Below are positions 30,436 through 41,709 of a stretch of DNA of 64,000 bases, in pieces. Every line of letters starts with the position of its first letter. The first letter of the stretch is position 1. The notes beneath the pieces are model-generated. The model saw nothing but the letters and a program-made list of their open reading frames with translations. It had not been told where the DNA came from and ran no database searches. This stretch comes from an uncultured Chloroflexia bacterium. GTDB lineage: Bacteria; Chloroflexota; Anaerolineae; CG2-30-64-16. The DNA is taken from assembly GCA_963841825.1 (NCBI GenBank), contig CAWJEL010000010.1:134903-198902 (forward strand), given 5' to 3'. A program made the position numbers and the translations under genes.

Positions 30436-33400
30436 ATGCTTGATTTGAAGCGCATGCGGGTACCGTTGTTGGTGCTGATGTTCATCGTGGGACTGTTGGC
30501 CGTCATGCCGCTGGCCGCCGCGTCGCTGGCCCCCGACGTTGTGACGATCAGCGGCACGGTCTTCTTTGACAAGAATGGCAACGGCCTGCGCGATGCGACG
30601 GACACGGGCATCGAAGGCGCCAGCCTGCAACTGAGCGACACGGCGACCGGCGGCAACGCCTACAGTGTCGCCAGCAGCAGCGACAGCGCTGGCGTCTACC
30701 AGTTCAGCGGCGTGCCCGCGGGCGTATACACCCTCGTGCAATCAGCTCCGGAGGTGTACACCACGACAACCGCGGCCAGCGTGGAGATCGTGGTGGCCGA
30801 TGGCGACCAAACCATGGATTTCGGTGACACGCTGCTGCTCTATGTCACCGGTGCGGAGTTTGCGGAATCTGAACCACGACGGCGCACGGGGGCCGGGCGA
30901 GCCCGGCTTTGCCGGCACGTTGGTCAGGATCTTCGATGACGCCAACGTCAATGGCCGGGTGGATCACGGAGAGGCGCTGCTGGGTTCAACGACGACCGAT
31001 CAGCATGGCTTCTACGTCATCGGGGGGCTGACGCCGGGCCACCGCGTGATGGTCACGGAGACGGTAGAAATCGGTGGCGTTCAGGGCAACGACCTGCCGT
31101 TGAGCCTGGAAGGCAGTGAGATCGGTGCGGCGGCGCTCATGCTGCTCAACGGCATGCGTGATGGCGGCCGGGCAGCGGCGGCCGCCGCGCCCGCTGTGGA
31201 CGGTGAAATCCTGGTCGGCGTGCGCCGCGGCACGGCCGCGGCGCAGGTGGCGGCGCTCGCCGCGGCCCACGGCGCAGCGCTCAAACATCGCATCGGCGGC
31301 GACGACTACGTGTTGAGCGTGGCGCGCGGCGCCACCGGTGCGGTCAGCGCCGCATTGCAGCGTGCGCCCGGCGTGCTGTATGCCGAGCCGAACTACGTGG
31401 TGCAGGGCGATGCGGCCCCCAACGATCCCGCCTATCAGACCTGCCCGCCGGGGCCGACTTCGCCCAATGATCCGGGTTATCGCGACTGCCCGTATACGGT
31501 CTGGGCGCCGCAGTGGCTCAACGCCGAGGCGGCCTGGGCCGTCACCACGGGCGACCCGAACCTCATCGTGGCGGTGTTGGACTCCGGCATCTCCTATTCA
31601 CATCCCGAGTTCGCCGGCCGCGTGCTGCAAGGCTGGGATTTTCAAAACCTTGACAACGACGCGGGCGGCAACTATGCGCAGGATGACTTCGGCCACGGCA
31701 CGCACGTCAGCGGGATCATCGGCGCGGCCATCAACAACGGTCAGGGCATGGTCGGCATCGCGCCGAACGTCAAGATTCTGCCGGTGAAGGTGTTGACGGC
31801 CACCGGCTCAGGGGACGCCAGCAAGGTTGCCAGCGGCATCTACTATGCGGTCGACAACGGCGCCAAGATCATCAACCTGAGCCTGGGCAGCACCGCGTCT
31901 TCGACGCCGATGCTCAACGCGCTGCGCTACGCTGTCGAGCACGATGTCCTGGTCACTTGTGCAGCGGGCAACAACGGCAGCAATATCAACTTCTATCCCG
32001 GCGCCTACGCGGAGTGCTTCGCCGTGGCGGGCACGATGGAAGAGGACGCCTGGTACACGCTCTCGAACTGGGGGGCCTGGGTGGACATCTCGGCGCCGGC
32101 GTCGAGCATTTACAGCACGCTGTGGACGGCGACGAATGCCAACACCTATCTGTGGAAGGACGGAACGTCGCAGGCGGCGCCGCATGTCGCCGGTTTGGCG
32201 GCCCTGCTGCTGTCAGTGAACCCGGCGCTGAAGCCGGGGGATCTGCGCGCCATCATCAGTCAGAGTGCGGTGGACCTGGGTGCGGCGGGCTGGGATGACC
32301 ATTACGGTGCGGGCCGGATCGACATTGGCGCCGCGGTGGCGCTGGCGCAGGGCTGGATCGCTCTACACGCCCACGCCGACCCACACGGCGACCGCGACGG
32401 CGACCGCGACCAACACGTCGACGGCGACTGCGGCCGCGACCAACACGCCGACCGCGACGCTGCACGCCGACGGCCACCGCGACCGCGACCAGCACGCCGG
32501 TGTATACGCCGACCGCGACGCGCGACGCCGACCACAACGCCGACGGCGTCACGCACGCCCACGCCTACCCAAACGGCGACGAGCACGCCGACGCCGACCA
32601 ACACCCTGACGCCGACCAATACCCCGGCGCCCTATGTGCAGCGGGTGAACGTCGGCAACACCAGCACGACCCTGTTCACCGACGGCCAGGGGCAGACTTG
32701 GGCGGCCGACAAGGCGTTCGCAACCGGTTCATGGGGCTACGTCAGCGGCAGCGCCAAGTCGTACACCACCGCCGTGGGCGGGACGACCGACGACGCACTG
32801 TACCAGAAGTTGCGCGAGAGCGATGACCTCATACAAGTTTACGGTACCTCCCGGACCGTATAACGTGACCCTGCGCTTCGCGGACTTCGCATCCTCCGCC
32901 ACTGGCAAGCGCACCATGAAGATCACCGTCAACGGCGTCGATTGTGGAGACCGCGCTCGATGTCTATAAGTCGGTCGGCAAGGCGGTCGCCTACGATAAG
33001 ACCTACACCACCACCGCGGGGGCGGATGGGCTGATCACCATCGCCTTCACGAAGGTCGGCGGAGCAAGCCGATGGTCTCAGCCATCCTGGTGGCGAGCGC
33101 CGCACCGCCGCCGCCCACAGCCACGCCGACACCGATAAGCACACCGACCGCCACCGCGACCGTGTGCGTCAGTTGCCCGACCAATACTCCGACGCCCACG
33201 CGCACCTATACACCCACGCCAACGGCAACGCCGACAGCGACCAACACGCCGACGGCGACACCCACCAACACGCCGCCCCCCTTCGCGGTGCGGGTCAACG
33301 CGGCAGCACCACCTTTACGGACGGGACAGGCTTGGTCTGGCTGGCGGACAAGGCATATGCGACCGGTGGCTGGGGGTACGTCGGCGGCACGACGGGCAAG

Positions 33401-33747
33401 TCCACGACCGCCGTGGCCAACACCACGGATGACTTGCTCTACCAGAAGTACCGCACCAAGATGACCGAGTACAAGTTCACCGTGCCGAACGCGACCTACC
33501 AGGTGCGGCTGCGCTTCGCCGAGTTTTCGACTACCGCGGTCGGGGCGCGGCGCGATGAAGATCACGATGGAAGGGGCGGTGGTCGAGAATGCGCTAGATG
33601 TGGTCGTGCTCGCGCCGGGCAAGGCGGTGGCCTTCGACAGGACGTACCCGGTCACTGTGACGGATGGCATCCTCAACATCGGCTTTGCGCGCGCGACCGG
33701 GGCCACGTCTGGATCCGGTCATCTCAGCCATCGAGGTGAAGAATTGA
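30436..33747 (+). pseudogene. Third S8 peptidase-malectin gene, at least 8 frame disruptions as sequenced
   Basis: A signal peptide (MLDLKRMRVPLLVLMFIVGLLAV) and two SdrD-B-like modules are followed by S8 motifs VAVLDSG, HGTHVSGII and DGTSQAAPHVAG. Two malectin modules follow (YVQRVNVGNTSTTLFTDGQGQTWAADKAF.., RVNAGSTTFTDGTGLVWLADKAY..). The fragments are spread over ORFs 30436.., 30665..32863, 32265.., 32944.., 33072.., 33164.. and 33555... The corrected frame ends ..ISAIEVKN at TGA 33745-33747. Confidence 0.7.
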
Positions 33748-33835
33748 GCGCCACGTACGTTCGCACATGAAGCGTGCGTGAGGGAGGGGAAAGCCGCCCC
33801 TGTTCGCAGCGCGTTCACATAAAGTGATGTACGGT

Positions 33836-33876
33836 AGCCCGATCGGTCTCAGAGACTGGTCGGGCTGTTTCTTTTG
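33836..33876 (+). terminator. Rho-independent terminator
   Basis: agcccgatcggtc tcaga gactggtcgggct forms a 13-bp stem with 2 mismatches, followed by gtttctttt. Confidence 0.65.
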
Positions 33877-33905
33877 TAACCCATTATTAACTTTGCAGTA
33901 ACGAC
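33874..33905 (+). promoter_or_regulatory. Copy of recurrent 32-nt motif
   Basis: ttgtaacc cattattaac tttgcag taacgac, ~418 nt upstream of the SdrD-repeat gene start at 34292. Confidence 0.4.
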
Positions 33906-34291
33906 ATATTGACTTCCACCAGTTATGCTGCTTGCAGCAAGGCTTCTGGGAGTTTTTCTTAAGTTGCGGGAGGTCGCACGTCGCCATTTGCGGGCATGCG
34001 AGCCCGCGTTGCACGTTTTCGGACGGGCTTCTTAGCACTACAACCGCACTTCTTCTCGATACGGGCGCTGAGCCCTGCGCATGCCCGCCTTTCGATCGCG
34101 AAGCACTCAAGGCTCGTTGGATCTCAAATGCGGTTGTAGTGTTAGTAAGGGCGATTCCTTGTGCAGCACCGCAGGCGGTTTGCCAAGGTCATCAATTAAT
34201 ATAAGACCCAGTGCTCTCGGTCGTCGAAGTGAAGAACTAATCGGCGCGCATGATCTATGTCCCCAGGGAATTCATATCGGAGGAACTCTAT

Positions 34292-36228
34292 ATGTCGCGA
34301 CACACACGCACCGCTGTCTTTCTGATCCTGGTTGCGCTCGCCTTGATGTTAGGACTTACGGTCGTTTCGGCCTCTCCGGACATACCGGCCCTCGATCCCG
34401 AGGCCGGTGTACCGGTTGCCGGTCGGGTCTACTTCGACCTGAACATGAACGGGGCCTTCGATTCGGGGGAACCCGCCGTCGATGGTGCACGGATCTCGCT
34501 GCTCAATTCCTTAGGCAACCTTGTTCAGGGGCCGCTCACCACCAGCGATGCCGATCCGGATCCGGGCGCATTCACGTTTACCGAACGTGGTGTCAGGCAG
34601 CTACACGGTGGCTGAGTCCGACGTGCTCGATGCTGTGCGCACGCCCGCCAGCCCCATCAGCATCAACGTGGGTGCTGCGCCGGTGACCGGCATCAACTTC
34701 GGTATCGTGCTCAAGTGGACCGTTACCGGCCGGGCGTACACGGACAGCAATCCTAACGGTGCGTACGACCCACGCGATGAAGTTTTGGTCGGCGCCACTG
34801 TGATGATCATCGATGACCGGAACGGCAATGGTCGGATGGACGCTGGCGAGCCAATCCTCGGCTCGGACGAGTCGGATGGGAGCGGTTTTTACATCATACC
34901 GTCCATCGTGCCGGGCAATCGCATCCTGATGGTGCAGCCCGCCGGGATCGGTGGTGTTTGGAGCGATCCAGTGCCTCTTTTCTTGCCAACAGACCCCATC
35001 AACAGTAACGCGGTCGTCGATGTGCCGTACGTTGAAAGCGCCGCCATCGGGCTGACCGGGATTGTCTGGAACGACGTGGACGGTGATGAGATCGTCGGTG
35101 ACGGCGAAGTTGGCCTGAGTGGCGTGAAGGTTGAGGTATACGGCGCGGTGAGCGGGCAGACCCAGGGCGACCCTCCGCTTGCCAGCGTTCTCACCGATGC
35201 CAATGGCCGCTATCAGGTCAGCGGGTTGTCCGCTGGCTGGCTGTACGAGATCAGGCCGGTCGCTGCGACCTTACCGACCGGCTGGCTCATGAGCACCGAC
35301 CCTGCGCTGCTCTTCGTAGCGCCCACCGCCGAGGGGCCGAATGTTGTGGACGTCGGCTACTACGATCCGTTCTCGACCGCCCCACTACGCCAGAGTGACT
35401 GGAAGAAAGAACTGAAGCAAGCCGGGAAGCCGCGCTACACTCCCGCGCAGATCAGTGGGTTCATCGCCACCGCAGAGGCGTCTTCGGGCGTGTTTGCAGA
35501 GGTGGCGGGGATCCGCGAGGTTATGCTGAAGTCCCCCGTGCAAGGTGAACTCGGCCACGCGCTCAAGGAGCATGCCGCGCTGCGGCTGAACCTGGCGAGC
35601 AGCCGCCTGTACGAGGCGACCCCGGTCAACCTGCCCGAGTTGACAGCGGCGCGGACCATCGGCGCTGTGGTGGCCGAGATCGAGGGTATCCTGGCGCCCG
35701 GCCGAACCCCCGCCCCGACCAAGAACGAATACCAACGCGTGCGGAAGCTTGCCGAGGCGATTAACAAAGGGAACGGATCTGGGTTCCGGGCAGACTGGAG
35801 TTTTCAGCCTGGCTCGCGCGACCTATCGCGGCGCCCAGGTCGCCTTCAAGCTTCGGCCCGGCGGCGATCTCGTAGACTTAGGGACGGACGAGCCGGCCTA
35901 TCTCCTGAAATGGAGCCCGGGCAAGCTGGACCCGGCCATTAACGTGGCCGAGGCGAAGCTGCGCATCAACGTCAAGACATTCATGGATGGCGGTGTGCTG
36001 GACGTCGTGCAAGTGCTCCCGGATGGTAGCATAGTAGTTCTGGGCACGGTCGTACCCCCGGTGTGGAACAAGGATATCAAGACGACCTACACCTTCGATC
36101 TGCGCGGTGTGTCAACAGCGGTCGAGCTGATCAGCTCGGAGATCCGTCTGGTCACGCGGGATATCACCGCAGGCGGCAAGGCGGCCCGCACGAAGATTGA
36201 CAGCGCCGAGCTGGTGTTCAAGTACTGA
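34292..36228 (+). CDS. Secreted SdrD-B-like repeat protein with unknown C-terminal domains (two frameshifts as sequenced)
   Basis: GGAGGA lies 8 nt upstream of ATG 34292, and a signal peptide is present. Repeats have the form G.V..D.N.NG..D.GE..V.GA.V......G.......TD..G.Y....... Fragments 34250..34615, 34521..35942 and 35749..36228 join with frame changes at ~34590 and ~35770. Confidence 0.65.
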
Positions 36229-36235
36229 ACAGCCA

Positions 36236-36272
36236 GACCTTGAGGGTCTCGCAGACCCTCAAGGTCTTTGGG
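36236..36272 (+). terminator. Rho-independent terminator
   Basis: gaccttgagggtc tcgca gaccctcaaggtc forms a 13-bp perfect stem, followed by tttgggg. Confidence 0.8.
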
Positions 36273-36291
36273 GTCAACCTGAAACGGTGAT

Positions 36292-38475
36292 ATGAAACCA
36301 CGCAAATTGTTACGATCGCTGGGCCTGGTCCTGATTTTGGGGCTTGCGCTCAGCGTTTTGTCATCCTGGGGACGTGCGAGCGCGTCCCGTGAGGCGCAAG
36401 GCAGACAGCCCGACGCGGACAATGGCAGATCCACTGCGTCGACTGTCCCAAGCTTTTCGAGGGCATGGGCGATCGCAGCCTGCGCGTCGATGCCGCTGGG
36501 CGGCCACACATCGCCTACGGCGGCGATCATCTGTACTATGCCTGGCACGACGGGACGGCCTGGCATTTCGAGACAGCAGACGCGGCACCGGGTGTCGGCC
36601 AATACGCCTCTCTGGCGTTGGATGGTGCTGGCCAGCCGCACATCGCCTACTACGACAGCGTGGCGCGCGACCTGCGCTACGCCCGCCGCGACGCGAGCGG
36701 TTGGGTCGTCCAGGTGGTGGCGGCTGAGGGCGACGTCGGATTTCACGCTGCGCTCGGGTTGGACGCTGAAGGGCGGCCGCACATCGCCTACTATGATGAC
36801 ACGCTGACGCGGTCCGTTATGCGACTTGGGACGACGCAGCCTGGAACACGGAAACGGTGGCGCCTGTGGGTGGCGCCGTGCGCAATATCTCGTTGGCGCT
36901 CGATGGCGCCGGCCGACGGGTATCTCAGTTACAGCCGGCTGGATGATGAGACACTCCGTTACGCTTGCGTGGACCGGCGCGGCCTGGCAGGTTGAAGCCG
37001 TGGTGAGCGGACGGGGAACCAGCGACTCATCCCTCGCCCTCGACGCCGCGGGCAACCACGCATCAGTTACTACGATCAGGTCGACGGTGATCTGATGTAC
37101 GCCCAGTGGACGGCTGGGGGTTGGCTGAGTCAGTCAGTAGACTCCGAGGGCGATGTGGGCGGCTACACGTCCATCGCCCTGGATGACAACGGTCAGCCGC
37201 ACATCAGTCTATCATGACTGGACGAACGGAGACCTGAAGTACGCCAACTGGACGGGGACAGCGTGGGCAATCGCATGGGTCGATGGCAGCAGCGGTGATG
37301 TCGGCAGCTTCAGCGCATTGGCGCTGGGCCCGCAGGGTCGCGCCAGCATCAGTTACTATGACCTGACGAACAATGCGCTCAAGGTCGCGACGCGTGCAGA
37401 CGCCGCCTGGGTCACAGAGGTTGTCGAGCGCGCCGGCAATGTGGGCGACGAGTCGGCGCTGGCGCTCGATGCAGCCGGCCGGCCCCACATCAGCTATCAC
37501 GATGTCATGGGTGAGGCGTTGAAGTATGCGCGCTGGACCGGCACGCAGTGGATCAGCGAGGCGGTGGATGAGGGGGTTGGCGCAGGGGCGGATTCCGACC
37601 TGGCGCTGGATCGCGTTGGAGATCCCCACATCAGCTACTATGACGCGGCAAACGGCTATTTGAAGTACGCTCGCCGCACCAAGACCGGTTGGCAGGTGCA
37701 GGTTGTGGATCAAGCCGGAAATGTGGGCCTGAGCAGCGCATTGGCGCTGGACGCTGACGACCGCCCGGTTATTGCCTATCACGATGCGACGGCTGGCGTC
37801 CTGAAAGTCGCCTGGTGGAGCGGGAACGGTTGGTGGCTCCAAGCGGTGGATCAGATCGGTTCGCGCTCTCCGAGCTACATCTCGCTGGCGCTGGCTGCAG
37901 ATGGGACGCCCCATGTCGCCTATTACGATGTTGACGCCGGCGATCTCAAATACGCCCGTAGCCGCTACCCGATGCCGGCTGCCGATTGGGAGATCACTAC
38001 CGTGGACAGCGCGGGTGATGTCGGGGGATACAACTCGCTGGCCCTCAACGCGGTCGGTATGCCGTTTATCAGTTATCTGGATTGGACGAATTCGACGCTC
38101 AAGGTCGCTGAGCTGACCAGTTCTGGCTGGATCAGTGAAACTGTGACAGAAATTGGCTCGACGGGGCACAATTCCCTGGCGGTTGACCGGCGCGGGGACG
38201 TCCGCATTGCGTTTTACGACGATCGGCAGGCCGATCTCATGCTGGCCACCCGGCCGGCCAGCAATCTCCCGGGTGCCCCCCGCTGGACCATCGAGACGGT
38301 GGCGAGCCGCGGAGAGGTGGGCGCATACCCTTCCCTGGCCCTGGACGCGGCGGGTCGGCCTTGGATCAGCTACTACGATGCGACGAACGGCGACTTGAAG
38401 TGTGCGGAGGGGATGCCAGCATTTAAGCGAGTCTATCTGCCGGTCATCGTGAGCGGGAATGCTGGGAGCAGATAG
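36292..38475 (+). pseudogene. Secreted protein made of ~15 copies of a ~44-aa repeat (beta-propeller-like), C-terminal YLPVIV motif; ~6 frame disruptions, all within 36400-37210
   Basis: A signal peptide is present (MKPRKLLRSLGLVLILGLALSVL). The repeat consensus is G[DN]VG..[ST]LALD..G.PHI[SA]YYD...G.LKYA.W.G..W..E.VD. Frame changes are at ~36400, 36813, 36925, 36968, 37057 and 37207. The region from 37210 to 38475 is intact and ends ..MPAFKRVYLPVIVSGNAGSR. Confidence 0.65.
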
Positions 38476-38478
38476 GCC

Positions 38479-38625
38479 CTTACCAGTTGAATCCTTGCAC
38501 AAAAAGCAAGAATCTCACCACCAAGACACCAAGACACCAAGATCACTTAGAATTCTACCTTTGTGGACTTCGTGCCTTTGAGCCTTTGTGGTGAAGACTT
38601 GGTTCCGGCTCGTCCGGGTTAGGGG
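38479..38625. repeat. 146-bp MITE-like element (family R1), copy 2
   Basis: cttaccagttgaatccttgcacaaaaagcaagaatctcaccaccaagacaccaagacaccaag..cctttgtggtgaagacttggttccggctcgtccgggttagggg. As with copy 1, it starts right after a TAG stop codon. Confidence 0.75.
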
Positions 38626-38800
38626 CGATAAGGTTAGATTTTCATCTCACGCAAAGGCGCAAAGAACGCAAAGGGGCATTGGGAGCGCCGAGAACTGCGT
38701 GTTTTCCTGCGGCTTTGTGTGAGCATAAACTGGGCCACCGGCAGTGCGAACGAAGCGCTACCGATGGCCCAATTCATGCCCAAAACACCTCTGCGGGACT

Positions 38801-39826
38801 TCAGTTGCCGGCCGGTGCTGGCGCGAAGGCCACGAAGGGCACGCCGCAACCCTCAGCGAACTTCACCAGGAACGTGTAGTCCCACGGATTGGCGCCGATA
38901 TCGGCGCCCTTGGCGAACTCGATCTCCAGCTTTTCGTCCTTCTTGCCCGCGCCTATCTGAAGATCCTTCGTCTTACCGTCCCAAGTCGAGAGGTCAATGG
39001 TGGCCGCGGGTGGGTTCAGGGTACCCTTGTAGATCGTCTTCCCGCCCAACTTCACTTTGGTGATCGGGCCATCCGTCACGGGCCAGACGAGCTCAACCTG
39101 GCTCGCCGTGATGTCCTGTGCGCTCTCGTTGTCGATCTTCCATTCGATCTTGTCCTTCTTGATCTTGAGATCGCCGCCGAACACGGCGCAGGTGTCGGCC
39201 GGGCAGGCGGGCTGATCTTTGCCGCCGCACGGGGTGTAATCCACCGTAAACACGTTGCCCGCGCCGCCGGTATAGGCGCCTTCACCCTTCAGCTTGCGGT
39301 AATCTTCGGTGCCATCGAGGAAAGCGAACCCACCGGTAACGCCGAAGTAGTCCGCGTTGCCGCCGAAGCGCACCTCCGCCTGGCCGGCATCGGTCGTGAC
39401 GTTCATGAGACCGTGGTTGTAGCCGGTGTAGGTTGCGTCCGCCAGGCCCCACTCATCGAAGGTGAATGAACCGGCCGGGAAGAACCCATCGGTGCCACAC
39501 GCCTTGCCAGCGCCGTACGGCGGGGGGGCGGTGCAAACGTCCTGACACGATGCGCCATAAACATCCTGGCAGAAGGCATCGTTGGTCGCACCAGGCTCGC
39601 CCTGCGCGCGGATGTGGAATTTGATGTAGCCGTTCGGCAGAAACTCGAATTCGCTCGGGATGAGAGGCGGCAAACCCCATTCGGGAGGATAGGGGTTAGG
39701 TGCAAGATTCGTGGTGTAGCCGGTGGTTGAAAACGGCCCAGGTTCTGGCCCGGCGGCGGCCGCCGCGATGCTCGTGAAAGCCAGGAGGACAATGACTACT
39801 GCTGTGAGGCGCGCCAATTTCTTCAT
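38801..39826 (-). CDS. Secreted Cys-rich hypothetical protein
   Basis: AAGGAG lies 7 nt upstream of ATG 39826, and a signal peptide is present (MKKLARLTAVVIVLLAFTSIAAAAA). The mature protein has 10 Cys. I recognise no family. Confidence 0.6.
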   Translation of the reverse strand: MKKLARLTAVVIVLLAFTSIAAAAAGPEPGPFSTTGYTTNLAPNPYPPEWGLPPLIPSEFEFLPNGYIKFHIRAQGEPGATNDAFCQDVYGASCQDVCTAPPPYGAGKACGTDGFFPAGSFTFDEWGLADATYTGYNHGLMNVTTDAGQAEVRFGGNADYFGVTGGFAFLDGTEDYRKLKGEGAYTGGAGNVFTVDYTPCGGKDQPACPADTCAVFGGDLKIKKDKIEWKIDNESAQDITASQVELVWPVTDGPITKVKLGGKTIYKGTLNPPAATIDLSTWDGKTKDLQIGAGKKDEKLEIEFAKGADIGANPWDYTFLVKFAEGCGVPFVAFAPAPAGN

Positions 39827-39915
39827 CTTGATACTCCTTTTTGGTGGGGAAGCCACAAATGATATTTAAAAAATTGTAACATAAAAAGATAGGGGTGTCT
39901 ATCTGTGAGACCATT

Positions 39916-39947
39916 TTGTAACCAGTTTTTATCCTTCCCGTAACGAT
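39916..39947 (+). promoter_or_regulatory. Copy of recurrent 32-nt motif in AT-rich divergent intergenic region
   Basis: ttgtaacc agtttttatc cttcccg taacgat. Additional ttgtaac/ttgtaaa boxes lie at 39874 and 39969. The motif starts 180 nt upstream of the GH3-like gene start. Confidence 0.4.
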
Positions 39948-40095
39948 CTCCTGGTAAATGCGTCATATTTGTAAACTTTTGATTTGTTTGATGCCTGGTC
40001 GATGAATCTGCGAGCGCGTCACATGGCCTTGGTTTTGGGCCATCGACCGTCATTTACTTTCATCACCCCCTGAGCGAGGAGAGCTACTAACCATA

Positions 40096-41709
40096 ATGAA
40101 GACACTGGACATGCTTCGAGAGGGACGTACCCAAGAAATCTGGCAACGTTACTGCGGATACTTCGATCTGACACCCGCTGAGTTTGTGGCGGCGCAGAAG
40201 CGGCTGCTAGTCGAGCAGTTGCGGCTGTTGGCAAACTGCGAGCTGGGCCGCAAGCTCACCGGGTCTGAAACCCCTTTGACGCTGGACGCCTTCCGCCAGA
40301 CGGTGCCGCTGACGACCTACAAGGACTACTGTCCGTACCTGCCGGAGAAACGCGAGGAGATGCTGCCCAGCAAACCGGTCACCTGGATGCGCACCTCGGG
40401 CCGGACCGGGGAGTACGGCGGCAAGTGGGTTCCGGTGTCGCAAGAGTATTTCTCCCTGCTAGGCCGAGCGTTCTGGTCATCGGTGCTGCTTGCTGGAGCA
40501 CATTACAAAGGGGAGGTAGCGATCTATGAGAATCTATCAATTCTTTACGCCGCCGCGCCTCCGCCGTTCATCACGGGTGTCAACATGAAGGCGGCCGCCG
40601 CCGAGTTCCCGGTTTCTTTCATCCCGCGCGTCAGCGACGTGGAGCAGCTCTCCTTCCAGGATCGCTTACAGCGGGGATTCAAAGAGTCCATGGGCACGGG
40701 AATCGATTACTTCATAGGGATCGCCTCTGTCCTAAACAAGGTCGGTGAAACATTCACCGAGGGCAGCCGGCAGACGTCGTTCTCGTCCTTGCTGGCACGG
40801 CCGAACGTTCTTTTCCGCCTGCTGCGCGCATTTGTGTCGAGCAAGATAGCGGGGCGCGGCATCTTGCCGAAAGATATCTGGAAACCACGCGGCATCGGCG
40901 CCTCGGGCATGGATGTGCAGATCTACCGCCAACGCATCCGCGACTATTGGGGATGTGACCCTTTGGAAGTCTACGGCTGCACTGAGTTCGGGGCGGTGGC
41001 GAGTCAGGCCTGGGGCAACCAGAGAAACGGTATGACACTCACGCCCGACACTGCGTTCTGGGAGTTTTTAACGGAGGAGGATTATTTTGCCTGGCGTGAA
41101 AATCGCTCCTACAAGCCCAAGACCCTGCTGCTGGACGAGCTCTGCCCGGGACGCTATGTTCTGGTTGGAACCAGCCTTGCCGGCGGCGCCTTTGTCCGCT
41201 ACATCATCGGTGACATCGTGCGCGTCATCTCCTTGCGCGATGATGCGTTAGGCATCGAGACGCCACAGTTGGTGATGGAATCCCGTATCGACGATGTCAT
41301 TAACCTCGGTTCCCTGGTGCTCCTCACCGAACGATCCATCTACGATGCGATTGTCTATACAGGTCAATATCTGATTGACTGGTTCGTGTGCAAAGAGTTC
41401 AAAGCGGGGGACGAAGCCCCAAGATTGCACTTCTACATCGAGGGCACACAGGATCCCGAAAAGCTCAGGCAAGACCTTCACAATGCGTTGGTAAATACGC
41501 ATGAGGAGTACCGGGACTTCGACCAGATGATGCGTACCAATCCGATCCTTGTGACCATGCTGACACCGGGGACATTCCTGGCGTATACCCAAGAGATGCA
41601 GGCGGAGGGCGCTGAACTTGGCCATCTGAAGCCTGTGCGGGTCCAGCCACCTGACAAGATGGCCCAGCACCTGCTTGCCATCAGCGCGAGGCTGGATCGG
41701 AAGTCATGA
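40096..41709 (+). CDS. GH3-family-like adenylate-forming (acyl-acid amido synthetase-like) protein
   Basis: FRQTVPLTTYKDYCPYL....V.WMRTSGRTGEYGGKWVPVSQE follows the GH3 N-terminal pattern (F...VP...Y.D..PYI ... SSGTT...K.IP.T). A later YGCTEFG motif is present. Confidence 0.55.
   Translation: MKTLDMLREGRTQEIWQRYCGYFDLTPAEFVAAQKRLLVEQLRLLANCELGRKLTGSETPLTLDAFRQTVPLTTYKDYCPYLPEKREEMLPSKPVTWMRTSGRTGEYGGKWVPVSQEYFSLLGRAFWSSVLLAGAHYKGEVAIYENLSILYAAAPPPFITGVNMKAAAAEFPVSFIPRVSDVEQLSFQDRLQRGFKESMGTGIDYFIGIASVLNKVGETFTEGSRQTSFSSLLARPNVLFRLLRAFVSSKIAGRGILPKDIWKPRGIGASGMDVQIYRQRIRDYWGCDPLEVYGCTEFGAVASQAWGNQRNGMTLTPDTAFWEFLTEEDYFAWRENRSYKPKTLLLDELCPGRYVLVGTSLAGGAFVRYIIGDIVRVISLRDDALGIETPQLVMESRIDDVINLGSLVLLTERSIYDAIVYTGQYLIDWFVCKEFKAGDEAPRLHFYIEGTQDPEKLRQDLHNALVNTHEEYRDFDQMMRTNPILVTMLTPGTFLAYTQEMQAEGAELGHLKPVRVQPPDKMAQHLLAISARLDRKS

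Noticed and set aside
33909-33937. TTGACT at 33909 as the -35 box of a promoter for the SdrD-repeat gene.
   Set aside because: No acceptable -10 hexamer lies at 16-19 nt spacing. The best candidates are ttgcag and cttgca.
33750-34290. A c-di-GMP riboswitch (GEMM-I or GEMM-II) upstream of the adhesin-like gene.
   Set aside because: I could not find the conserved GGCAAA..GGGACGCAAAGCC or ACGCAC..GGUAGCGGGGUUACC cores. The structures seen do not match those folds.
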